DNA of 64,000 bases from Kiritimatiellia bacterium (GCA_017406465.1 JAFQYM010000015.1:64622-128621); one strand, 5' to 3'. Positions 28,526 to 36,904 are shown, counted from the first letter of the stretch. Numbers and translations are program-made. Notes: generated by a model not told the origin, from the sequence alone.

Positions 28526-30241
28526 ATGAAAAACACAGCAAGACTGTTCGGAACGGCGATTGCCGCCATCATTGCATCTGAAGCCATAGCCGAATCGACT
28601 GTCGGCAGGCACTACGTGGACGACTCGCTTGTCGTCGACCTGAGCGCCACGCCGGTGAAGGACCAGCGCCAGTCGACAACGGCTCCCGACCTCGGCTACG
28701 CCGGCTGTCTCACCGAGGGCTACGGTGACTGCGCATGGTTCTACAACCCGGCGCGCGACAAGACGACGTGGAAGCTCTTCGAGGAGGCCGGCGCGCACGT
28801 CCTCAAGCAGTGGGACTCCGTGATGACCTGGCAGCGCGGACGCCATGAGTCAAAAGACGGCAATCCGAATCCGAAATGGTACTTTGACTTCTGGAAGAAG
28901 CACGGCGTGAAGGTTCTCCTCACGCTCGAGCACCACAAGGTATATGAGGACTCGGGCTGCGCGAAGAAGACCGATGACCTCGAAGCGGTCAAGAAGACGA
29001 TTCTCGACTACGTGCGCTGGATAGTCAAGAACGGCTACAAGGACGTTGTCGGCGGTTTCGAACTCGGCAACGAACCATACTGGGGAAGCGATCCCGAGGG
29101 CTACGCCGCGCGCTGGGTGGCGATCGTTCCCGAGATCAAGAAGATATTCCCCGAGGCGAAGATCGGCATTCCGCTCGCCGAATACCGGCCGAATGATCCA
29201 GACATCGCCTCGGTCCGCGCCCGCGCGACTGGGCTCGAATGGGTGCAGGGCGGCGGCGAGTTCTCGTTTTCGAAGCTCAACCAGTGGTCAGGCCGCTTCA
29301 TCGTCGCGATGAAGCCGGTGATGGACGACATCTCGCACGTTATCTACCACTTCTACGGCGCAGACCGCGCCTACGGATGCAGCCAGTCGGGATTCAACCG
29401 CATCCACAACTTCGCCAAGGTGTTTCCCGAAGTCGCCGACAAGCGCGTGTGGATCACCGAATGGCGCGAGCGTGCCGACGAGGACCTGCGCTGCCACCAG
29501 CGATTCTTTTCGACGCTCTGGAAAGGGCACTACATGCTGGGCGTCCTCATGCAGCCGGAGATCGACGGCATCTCGCTCCACAACCTCGCGACGCTCGCCG
29601 GCGGACTCTACGTCACGACAGCCAAGAATGCGACGTGGTGCGTGCAGCGCGACGAGAACAACCGCGAGTACCCTTATGTCGGCAACTCGTCCACCCCTGT
29701 CGCGGAGGTCGGTCCGGCTGGCCCCGTCTTCCGCCTGTACACTGAGGCGCTCATGTCGCATCCGCTCATCATCGAGCATGCCGTGCCGACGGCGGAGGGC
29801 ACTGTCGCCCACGGCAAGGGCAAGAGCGGACAGTGGCACGGCATCTGGGGCGGGACGCTTTTTTACGAAACTGGAATGCGCGCGCAGAAGGCGGCGGAGT
29901 CTGGCACGCCGCCGGACCAGTGGCCCGAGATTTCGTCCATGTGGGAGTCCGTCGTCGCCTTGAGCGCGAAGCGCGATTCGGTTGCGCTTCTCATGGTCAA
30001 TACGCATCCGCACGAGGACGTCATTCCCGTGAAGCTCGTGAACGGCAAGGCGTTCGTTGGCGAGGCGGTGATTACGTCGGCATCCATCGAGAAGGCCCGT
30101 CTGTTCGAGTGCCAGGTTCCGGGCACGCCGCGCCTCTGGACCGAATCGGTCAAGAAGGAGAAGGTCGCGGGGAAACAGTCTTTCACCGTCAAACTCCCCG
30201 CGTACAGCATCCAGACCGTTGTCGTGGGCGTGAAGAAGTAA
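28526..30241 (+). CDS. secreted glycoside hydrolase, clan GH-A-like, family unclear (paralog 1)
   Basis: Signal peptide. GFELGNEPYW (acid/base) and VWITEWRE (nucleophile) motifs. Confidence 0.6.
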   Translation: MKNTARLFGTAIAAIIASEAIAESTVGRHYVDDSLVVDLSATPVKDQRQSTTAPDLGYAGCLTEGYGDCAWFYNPARDKTTWKLFEEAGAHVLKQWDSVMTWQRGRHESKDGNPNPKWYFDFWKKHGVKVLLTLEHHKVYEDSGCAKKTDDLEAVKKTILDYVRWIVKNGYKDVVGGFELGNEPYWGSDPEGYAARWVAIVPEIKKIFPEAKIGIPLAEYRPNDPDIASVRARATGLEWVQGGGEFSFSKLNQWSGRFIVAMKPVMDDISHVIYHFYGADRAYGCSQSGFNRIHNFAKVFPEVADKRVWITEWRERADEDLRCHQRFFSTLWKGHYMLGVLMQPEIDGISLHNLATLAGGLYVTTAKNATWCVQRDENNREYPYVGNSSTPVAEVGPAGPVFRLYTEALMSHPLIIEHAVPTAEGTVAHGKGKSGQWHGIWGGTLFYETGMRAQKAAESGTPPDQWPEISSMWESVVALSAKRDSVALLMVNTHPHEDVIPVKLVNGKAFVGEAVITSASIEKARLFECQVPGTPRLWTESVKKEKVAGKQSFTVKLPAYSIQTVVVGVKK

Positions 30242-30282
30242 AGTTGAAAGGTTGAAAAGTTGAAAGGATGAAAATGGTTAAA
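30230..30282 (+). repeat. C-free GTTGAAAG array
   Basis: gtgaagaagtaaagttgaaaggttgaaaagttgaaaggatgaaaatggttaa: 53 nt with no C, spanning the junction of the two GH paralogs. Confidence 0.85.
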
Positions 30283-32049
30283 CAATCTATGAAAGCAGGC
30301 ATTGGAATTCATCTCGCGGCAGTTCTTTGCTGTGCGGCTTCTGTCGCGGCAAGAGCTGACTTCGCAATTGACGTAGACATGTCCGCGGACACGATCAAGG
30401 ACGTCCGCACGTCGACATGCGGGCCGGAGGTCGGCTACGCCGGGTGCAACTTCCCCATCGACGGACCGAACGAGCCGGCCGACACATACTGGTTCAAGAC
30501 GCGCGCGGCCGACACCTCCCGCGCGATGCGCGAGGCGGGCGCGTGGTTCCAGCGCATGTGGAACGGCGGCGACTGGTTCGCCCACCGTCTCCCGCCGGAG
30601 GAGTACCGCAGGAAGTGGAACATCGACGACGAGACGTGGAAGAAGAAATTCCGCCGGTACGAGCGGACCGACCCCGCCGCCGCGTTTGCGTTCTGGAAGG
30701 CGAACGGCTTCAAGGTGCTCTTCACGCTCGAAGCCTGGGGCGCCGAGAGGTCGAAGAAGGAAATCATCGAGCTTGTCGACTACATCGTCGCCAACCACTA
30801 CGAGGACGTTGTCGCCGGCTTTGAGCTCGGCAACGAAAGCTACTACTCGAAGGACTACGCCTCGCTCGCGCCCGTCTGGTGCGAAATAATCCCCGAGATC
30901 AAGAAGCGCATGCCGAAGGTGAATCTCGGCATCAACCTCGCCGAGCTCTTCGAGCTCAATCCCGACATCACGCAGGTACGAAACCGCATGCTCGCCGCTG
31001 GCGAGATCAAGCGCGACACATACTTCGCCGCAGGTGACTTCAACCGCTATTCGGCGCAGTTCGTGACGGCGATGTCGAATTGCATCAACCAGATCACACA
31101 CGTCATCTACCATGCCTATGGCGCGGAGACGCCCTACAGCTGCTCCTACTACGGGTTCCAGCGCTTCCGCAATTTTCTTCAGGCGTTCCCCGAACTCAAG
31201 GGGAAGAAGATGTGGCTCAGCGAGGTTCGTCCGCGCTCCGACGAGGACAACTACTGCCAGCGCATCTTCCGCGAGGCGCTTATAATGGCGCACTACTCGA
31301 TGATGGCGATCTGCCAGCCGGACATGGACGGCTTCAACCATCATCAGATCTATGCTATTTCCGGCGGCATCTACCAGTCCGACGGAAAGAACTGGCGCAT
31401 CCAGTGGCGCGACGCAGGGCGCGAATACGTCGACTGGCGCGCGCCGATGGGCGAGCCGCGGCTTGAGGTCGGCGCGTGCGGCGTCATGTACCGCATCCTC
31501 GCGGAGGCGATCAAGGAGCATCCGCTCGTCCTGCGTCACGGCACTTCGAAGGAGGCCGACACCGAAGATGCGTTCTTCACCTCGGCGCGCGTGACGGACC
31601 AGATCTACGCCCGCCGCCGCGCGCTCAAGGAGGGCAAGTCCGGGTGGAGCGTCCCGAAGGTCGAAGGCGAGGTCGAGTGGGTCGCGCTTGCCGACGTGCA
31701 CCGCAACGAGCTGTGCCTGCTGATGGTGAACACCAAGTCCGAGCCGGTCAAGGTGAAGCTGACGGCGCGCGGCAAGGTCAAGAACGAAGTCAAGGCCAAG
31801 GAGTTCGCCGCGCCGACCTACCGCACGCTGAGCTGCCCGGAGAAGTTCCTCGACTGCCGCGCCGTGCCGGGCGAGGGACACCCCTGGACGCAGATGAGCT
31901 GGGAGGACACGCAGGCGGGCTACGCCGCGATTCCGATGGCGGCCTACGAGGGCATGAAGCCCGCCGCATCCGTGCTTACGGTCGAAATCGCCCCGCATAC
32001 GGTGCAGTCCGTGACCGTCCTCCTGCGCAACGCGCCCGACGGCAAGTAA
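30268..32049 (+). CDS. secreted glycoside hydrolase, clan GH-A-like, family unclear (paralog 2)
   Basis: GFELGNESYY and MWLSEVRP sit at positions equivalent to paralog 1. Signal peptide present. Confidence 0.6.
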   Translation: MKMVKQSMKAGIGIHLAAVLCCAASVAARADFAIDVDMSADTIKDVRTSTCGPEVGYAGCNFPIDGPNEPADTYWFKTRAADTSRAMREAGAWFQRMWNGGDWFAHRLPPEEYRRKWNIDDETWKKKFRRYERTDPAAAFAFWKANGFKVLFTLEAWGAERSKKEIIELVDYIVANHYEDVVAGFELGNESYYSKDYASLAPVWCEIIPEIKKRMPKVNLGINLAELFELNPDITQVRNRMLAAGEIKRDTYFAAGDFNRYSAQFVTAMSNCINQITHVIYHAYGAETPYSCSYYGFQRFRNFLQAFPELKGKKMWLSEVRPRSDEDNYCQRIFREALIMAHYSMMAICQPDMDGFNHHQIYAISGGIYQSDGKNWRIQWRDAGREYVDWRAPMGEPRLEVGACGVMYRILAEAIKEHPLVLRHGTSKEADTEDAFFTSARVTDQIYARRRALKEGKSGWSVPKVEGEVEWVALADVHRNELCLLMVNTKSEPVKVKLTARGKVKNEVKAKEFAAPTYRTLSCPEKFLDCRAVPGEGHPWTQMSWEDTQAGYAAIPMAAYEGMKPAASVLTVEIAPHTVQSVTVLLRNAPDGK

Positions 32050-32102
32050 GTAATGCGATTGGCGTGGATGCTGCCGCGGTACAAGACGGGCGGCGAGACA
32101 GG

Positions 32103-32143
32103 AAATGTCGGCTATTTGGCAGTCTTGGAAATAGCCGACATTT
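32103..32143. terminator. AATGTCGGCTAT hairpin H1 (T-tailed, palindromic, bidirectional terminator-like)
   Basis: aaatgtcggctatt-tggcagtcttgga-aatagccgacattt followed by t. Confidence 0.65.
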
Positions 32144-32210
32144 TGCCATTGCGCGTCAGCACCCATTTTTCAGCTTCTACCGATCAAGCCCTCGTTCGAG
32201 CGCCGAATTT

Positions 32211-32477
32211 AACTCCGATCAGCAGGGCTCTCGCTACCGCTCCGCAGAATTACGTTTGCTTCGCATCCTTCATTCGCGTCTCGCTGAGCGACGTATGTAG
32301 GCTTTGAGCTGGAGGAGGTCTCCTCCAGGCCTCCTCTGGCGTGCATGGATTGGCTGTCATGTCTTCTAACCCTGCCGAAGGCAGCTCAAGAAGACAATTC
32401 GACGCACTGAATTGCCGTTGAGACATCGCGAAGCTGCGGAGCGGTAGCGGGAGCCCTAACGCTCGGAGTTTCTTTTT
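32211..32477 (+). ncRNA. candidate structured RNA or MITE-like element bounded by a 37-nt imperfect inverted repeat
   Basis: IR-L 32211-32247 and IR-R 32434-32470 pair over 8+6+1(G-U)+16 bp. Internal perfect hairpins are ctggagga-ggtc-tcctccag (32309-32328) and tgtcttct...ctgcc-gaa-ggcag...agaagaca (32360-32396). A T-run tttcttttt follows. No credible ORF. Confidence 0.5.
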
Positions 32478-32588
32478 GCAGGAGAAAAATGCCCATTCCA
32501 CTTGCGAAAGCGCACATCACCCCTTATTCATCGAGGTGAGATGCACTTTGGCGGTCAAAAAATGGGTAAACTCCAGTAGGGCAGGGGA

Positions 32589-32618
32589 TTGACAATAGTC
32601 CGCCTGTGGGCGTATAAT
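32589..32618 (+). promoter_or_regulatory. near-consensus sigma70-type promoter
   Basis: TTGACA (32589-32594), an 18-nt spacer, then TATAAT (32613-32618). The ATG is 8 nt downstream and there is no SD. Confidence 0.7.
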
Positions 32619-32626
32619 ATGCGCCG

Positions 32627-33304
32627 ATGAAGCGGATTCTCTATCATGGGTCGAAGGACAGGATTGTAAAGCCGTTGTTCGGGGCGGGGCGCCTCAACAA
32701 CGACTATGGGCGTGGTTTCTACTGCACTGAGAGCGAGGATCTTGCAAAAGAGTGGGCCGTTGCCAACGATCACGACGGATGGGCGAATGTCTATTCACTT
32801 AATGACGACGGTTTGAAAGTTCTCAACTTGAATTCGAATAAATACTGTCTTCTTCACTGGCTCGCAGTTCTGCTGGAGAACCGCCAGTTTGAAACAGAGT
32901 ATGGACTGCCTTTGGAGGCCAAGGCGTACCTGACAACGCGATTTGCCGTCCCGTACAAAGAAGCGGACGCCATCATCGGCTATAGAGCGGACGACAGCTA
33001 CTTTACCTTTGCCCAGGACTTCATATCGGGAGCGATTTCCTATTCGCAGCTCGCGTCCGCAATGCGTCTTGGTCATCTCGGAGACCAATATGTCCTCAAA
33101 AGCCGGAAGGCTTTCGGCAGAATTAGGCATATCGAATCGCGGCCTGCGCTGCGCTCCGAATGGCTTGAGCGCAAGAGCGCCCGTGACCATGCCGCGCGTC
33201 AGGAGTACCTGAGCGCATTGAGGCATCAGAGAGTGCCAGGAGATTTGCGCATCGACCGCATAATCGACGAGGAGATAGGACCTGATGACGAACGCCTACG
33301 ATAG
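32627..33304 (+). CDS. DUF3990-like protein with PARP/ADP-ribosyltransferase-like motifs (putative toxin)
   Basis: MKRILYHGSKDRIVKPLFGAGRLNNDYGRGFYCTE ... DAIIGYRADDSYF. The HGS ... GxGFY arrangement parallels the PARP H-Y-E fold motifs. Family name is from memory. Confidence 0.6.
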   Translation: MKRILYHGSKDRIVKPLFGAGRLNNDYGRGFYCTESEDLAKEWAVANDHDGWANVYSLNDDGLKVLNLNSNKYCLLHWLAVLLENRQFETEYGLPLEAKAYLTTRFAVPYKEADAIIGYRADDSYFTFAQDFISGAISYSQLASAMRLGHLGDQYVLKSRKAFGRIRHIESRPALRSEWLERKSARDHAARQEYLSALRHQRVPGDLRIDRIIDEEIGPDDERLR

Positions 33305-33932
33305 AGCGTATCTTCTGCATGCCCGGCAGTCGCTCGGACGTATGCTGGATTTCTCCTGCCATGTCTTAGGATATTCTGCAAGAGGTTTTTGGGATTTGTT
33401 TCTTGCCTCGGGCGTTGCCGCGTCATTCGGGAAAGGGGACGCGCATTTCATTGCCGGCATGAGCGGGTATGAACTCGCCTACGAGGTCCTTGAACGCTGT
33501 GGGGTGAAGTTTAGTCGCGTCGTCGATCCTTCGCCTCCAGACGGAAAGTCCCCGGAGTTCTGGGCGGCATGGTCCGTCGCCCATTATCAATGGTTCAGGG
33601 GGCTGTCCTTCGCACGCATAGACGCGTTCGCCCCGATAGACGACATCGTGGCGATGTATCATCCATATCACGAGATGGACATCTCGCGGTTCTGCGACGA
33701 GATGGACAGGCTTTACCGGCTGAAGTATCCCGAACGGAATCTGCAGCGCATCCGGCGTAGCATCAACTTGAGCCAACGCGACCTTTCCGAACGCTCCGGC
33801 GTGTCGATAAGGACGATACAGGAGCTTGAGCAGGGTCGAAAGGACATCAACCGTGCGGGTATAGACACGCTTATGCCGCTTGCCGCCGCGCTTTCCGTTG
33901 ACGTTGAGTCCCTTGTTGAGCGAGTTGTATGA
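33285..33932 (+). CDS. DUF3791-like domain fused to a C-terminal XRE-type HTH (putative antitoxin/regulator)
   Basis: Overlaps the upstream gene by 20 nt. C-terminus NLQRIRRSINLSQRDLSERSGVSIRTIQELEQGRKDIN is an XRE HTH. The N-terminal domain is homologous to ORF 40242-40655. Confidence 0.6.
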   Translation: MTNAYDRAYLLHARQSLGRMLDFSCHVLGYSARGFWDLFLASGVAASFGKGDAHFIAGMSGYELAYEVLERCGVKFSRVVDPSPPDGKSPEFWAAWSVAHYQWFRGLSFARIDAFAPIDDIVAMYHPYHEMDISRFCDEMDRLYRLKYPERNLQRIRRSINLSQRDLSERSGVSIRTIQELEQGRKDINRAGIDTLMPLAAALSVDVESLVERVV

Positions 33933-33975
33933 CCCTTGTCTGGAAGTGGTGAAAGGCATCCGCCTGTTTCAGTAG

Positions 33976-33996
33976 CCCCCCCCTAATTTGATGGGG
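33976..33996 (+). promoter_or_regulatory. CCCC-TAATTTRRY-GGGG hairpin motif, copy c
   Basis: cccccccctaatttgatgggg. The T of TAATTT is 36 nt before tagaat (34020-34025). Confidence 0.7.
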
Positions 33997-34053
33997 TGGG
34001 CGGTTCGGGCGGATTGTGGTAGAATATTCCCAAAATCGTAAAAGGATTCTGCC

Positions 34054-35283
34054 ATGATGACTTCGAAAAACAACAGGTCTTTAGTGTGTCTTCGCGCTGT
34101 AGCGCTTCTTTTCGGCACGTTTTTCCTTGCGGTATTACCCGTGCGCGCCGAAAACAACTGGACCTACTACGCCGCCGGCGCTGACGGCAATCCGACGGAC
34201 GCCGCCTGCGTTGTCCACGGCGAGTGGATCATCAAGACCAATGCCTCTGGCACGAACCCCGCAAATGGAGTACTTTGGCTTGACCTGATCGTTTCCGCAC
34301 CGGCGGACGGGATTCTCGACTTGCGCGACGTCGTTCTCGTCGGGACTAACGGCAAAACCGTACTCGACAATGTCCCTGTGACGAGTATGAGACTTCCCAG
34401 CAACAATAGCAAGGGCTGGGATTCCGCCAATATTGTTGAAGTCTATGCGAACAACCTTGCCGACTACGGTGAACCGTTCGGACGCAGCGGCGCGGCCAAC
34501 ACCCGTCTCATGCATCTTGCCAGCAAAACGATGACGGCAGTCACCGGCCGCTTCTGCAATCTCACGAACCTCGTCCTGAACATGCCGAATGCGACGGCCT
34601 GGAGTCCTGGCGGTTTCCACAACTGCTCGCTCACGAATGACATCGCCGAAATCGTCCATCCCTGGCTGCGGACGATTGGGAACAACATGAGCTCACTTGG
34701 CGCGGGCGTGACCGGGACGCTTGTCCTCACGAATGTGTATGACTGCGGAAACCAGGGTTTGTTTCCGGCCGGGGTTTCCGCGGGGCGCTTCGTGTTCAAC
34801 GGTACCGACTTCCAGTCGCAGCCCTTCCGCGGCGCGACGGGGCTGAGGGACTTCGAGCTTGTCGCGCCCGTCTGCACCAACTTCTACCTCGGCTACAACA
34901 GCAGCAACGTAACCAACATAGTTCTCGACGCGCCGCTCGTCATATCTACGCACAACAAGACGCAGCTGCCGCTGGTTCCGGCGGCGAAGTCGTCCGTCTG
35001 GTTCAAGAACGCCGCGCTCGGCATTGACGTGGTGCGGGCGATGGTTTCGGGCGTGACGGCCGTCGCCGCGAGCAAGAACCAGGACAAGAACTGCACGATC
35101 TACTGCTCGAAGAGGATGGGGTGGAAGGAGCTCGCCTCGCCGCTTGAGGGCGACTATGAGAGTGAGCTTGCGCCGGAAGGTTGCTTTGGCGTTCTCGTCG
35201 ATGCTAGCGGCAACCGCCGCGCATGGATGGTCCACCGTGCATCCCCGTATGACAAGAGCGGGCTGATGATTTTCGTGCGGTGA
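34054..35283 (+). CDS. secreted hypothetical protein, possibly BspA-type leucine-rich repeats
   Basis: Signal peptide LRAVALLFGTFFLAVLPVRA. Repeated N-rich segments (NLTNLVLNMPNATAW, NCSLTNDIAEI). C-terminus ends SGLMIFVR. Confidence 0.45.
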   Translation: MMTSKNNRSLVCLRAVALLFGTFFLAVLPVRAENNWTYYAAGADGNPTDAACVVHGEWIIKTNASGTNPANGVLWLDLIVSAPADGILDLRDVVLVGTNGKTVLDNVPVTSMRLPSNNSKGWDSANIVEVYANNLADYGEPFGRSGAANTRLMHLASKTMTAVTGRFCNLTNLVLNMPNATAWSPGGFHNCSLTNDIAEIVHPWLRTIGNNMSSLGAGVTGTLVLTNVYDCGNQGLFPAGVSAGRFVFNGTDFQSQPFRGATGLRDFELVAPVCTNFYLGYNSSNVTNIVLDAPLVISTHNKTQLPLVPAAKSSVWFKNAALGIDVVRAMVSGVTAVAASKNQDKNCTIYCSKRMGWKELASPLEGDYESELAPEGCFGVLVDASGNRRAWMVHRASPYDKSGLMIFVR

Positions 35284-35323
35284 TGCGGTAGGCGGACAGC
35301 ATGAGAATGGCGTTGTTGCCTAT

Positions 35324-35362
35324 AATGTCGGCTATCATTGATTTTCCCGCATAGCCGACATT
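35324..35362. repeat. AATGTCGGCTAT hairpin H2
   Basis: aatgtcggctat-cattgattttcccgc-atagccgacatt followed by tt. Confidence 0.65.
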
Positions 35363-35376
35363 TTGTAGCCCATGAT

Positions 35377-35419
35377 AAAATGTCGGCTATTCTGTGATTT
35401 GCGGAATAGCCGACATTTT
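35377..35419. repeat. AATGTCGGCTAT hairpin H3
   Basis: aaaatgtcggctatt-ctgtgatttgcgg-aatagccgacatttt. Its right arm starts a 31-nt block (35405-35435) identical to 32130-32160. Confidence 0.65.
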
Positions 35420-35458
35420 GCCATTGCGCGTCAGCGCGAAATATGATATAGTGCACGT

Positions 35459-36904
35459 ATGAAATTCATTGGAAGAAGCGAGTATCTTGATAAACTCTCC
35501 GCCTTGTGGGAAAAGAAGCGGAGCTCCTTCGCCGTCGTGTCCGGACGCCGCCGAATCGGGAAGTCGACTCTGGTCGAGGAGTTCGCACGACGCTCGGCCT
35601 GTGATTTCATAGAGATTGTCGGGTTGCCGCCGGATAAGACCATGACTAACCAGCGTCAGATAGATAACTTCTGCGAGCGGCTTGCAAGGGCGGCCAAGAA
35701 GCCGGAAGCCAAGGCCGACTGCTGGCCAAAGGCGTTCGATGCGCTCCATGAAGCGATTCATCCCCGGCGTAAGACAATTGTGTTTCTCGATGAAATATCA
35801 TGGATGGGGCGCTACGACGGAGCCTTTGCCGGATTCCTCAAGACGGCATGGGATACGCAGCTGTCGCTGCACGACAATCTGATACTTGTCGTCGCCGGGA
35901 GCGTCTCGGCCTGGATCCAGGCAAATGTCCAGCGTTCAAAGGCGTATGTCGGAAGGATCTCCCTTGACATAACGCTGCCCGAACTTTCTCTGTCCGAATG
36001 CCGCGCGTTTTGGGGCAGAAAGGCGGATCGGACGGCGACGCGCGAGATACTTGACGTGCTGTCGGTGACGGGAGGCGTTCCGAAATACCTTGCCGAAGTC
36101 AATCCGTCGCTGTCTGCCGACGAGAACATCCGGCGGCTATGCTTCGATCCGGATGGATATCTGTTCAAAGACTTCAATCGCATATTCGACGACGTGTTCG
36201 ATGAGAGCGTCGCCGCCAAGAAGCGAATCGTCACGGCGCTTGCCGACGGCCCGGCGAGCATTGCGGAGCTTGCGGAGCGGATCGGCGTGCAGTCAAGCGG
36301 ACATATTTCATCGGATGTCTCCGATCTCGTGCAGGCGGGTTTTGTCGCCGGTGCACGGGGGAAGAACCCTGGCACAGGACGCGATGTAAGAGAGGTAAGA
36401 TACAGGTTAAGGGACAATTACACGCGTTTTTACCTTAAATACATCCAGCCGAAATCCGAAGCCGTCAGAGAAGGCATGTTCCGCTACGTGTCGCTGGAGC
36501 GTCTTCCGAACTGGAACTCCATAATGGGTCTCCAGTTCGAGAACCTTGTCCTGAACAATTTCCATACACTCGCCAGACGCATCGGACTCGTAGGCAAGAG
36601 CGTGGAATCCGTTGCGCCATACTTCAGGCGTGGACGCAAGGCCGGCGACGGAGTGCAGATAGACATGCTTGTCCAGCTCCCGAAAAGCGCTTATTTGGTG
36701 GAAGTGAAGCGAATGAACACCATCCCCGTTGCCGTGGAGCAAGAGGTGCAAAGGAAAATCGACCGCCTCCCGTTGAAAAAAGGGATGTCCGTAAGAACGG
36801 TGTTGGTCTACGACGGGGAACTTGCGCCCGAGCTCGAGGAGGACGGTTTTTTCGATCATCTCGTTGGTATGGACGAACTCCTTCGTCAGAGCTGCCCCCC
36901 CTAA
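35459..36904 (+). CDS. AAA/STAND-like ATPase (archaeal-ATPase type) - wHTH - PD-(D/E)xK-like domain
   Basis: FIGRSEYLDKL ... VVSGRRRIGKSTLV (Walker A) and VFLDEISW (Walker B). wHTH IVTALADGPASIAELAERIG. C-terminus GLQFENLVL ... VQIDMLV ... LVEVKRM. TATAGT lies 6 nt before the ATG. Confidence 0.75.
   Translation: MKFIGRSEYLDKLSALWEKKRSSFAVVSGRRRIGKSTLVEEFARRSACDFIEIVGLPPDKTMTNQRQIDNFCERLARAAKKPEAKADCWPKAFDALHEAIHPRRKTIVFLDEISWMGRYDGAFAGFLKTAWDTQLSLHDNLILVVAGSVSAWIQANVQRSKAYVGRISLDITLPELSLSECRAFWGRKADRTATREILDVLSVTGGVPKYLAEVNPSLSADENIRRLCFDPDGYLFKDFNRIFDDVFDESVAAKKRIVTALADGPASIAELAERIGVQSSGHISSDVSDLVQAGFVAGARGKNPGTGRDVREVRYRLRDNYTRFYLKYIQPKSEAVREGMFRYVSLERLPNWNSIMGLQFENLVLNNFHTLARRIGLVGKSVESVAPYFRRGRKAGDGVQIDMLVQLPKSAYLVEVKRMNTIPVAVEQEVQRKIDRLPLKKGMSVRTVLVYDGELAPELEEDGFFDHLVGMDELLRQSCPP

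Noticed and set aside
29863-32166. Very long antisense ORFs: 767 aa here, and also 7013-8641, 22104-23510, 36407-37990, 40595-41917, 53142-54923, 58242-59663 and 59770-60960 on the minus strand.
   Set aside because: They lie exactly opposite well-supported + strand genes. They are Arg/Ala/Gly/Pro/His-rich with no recognisable motifs. This is typical of stop-codon-poor shadow frames in GC-rich DNA.
32211-32477. Retron msr/msd RNA or group II intron remnant.
   Set aside because: No reverse transcriptase or intron-encoded protein ORF nearby, and no recognisable domain V/VI-type motifs. The inverted repeats are much longer than retron a1/a2 repeats.
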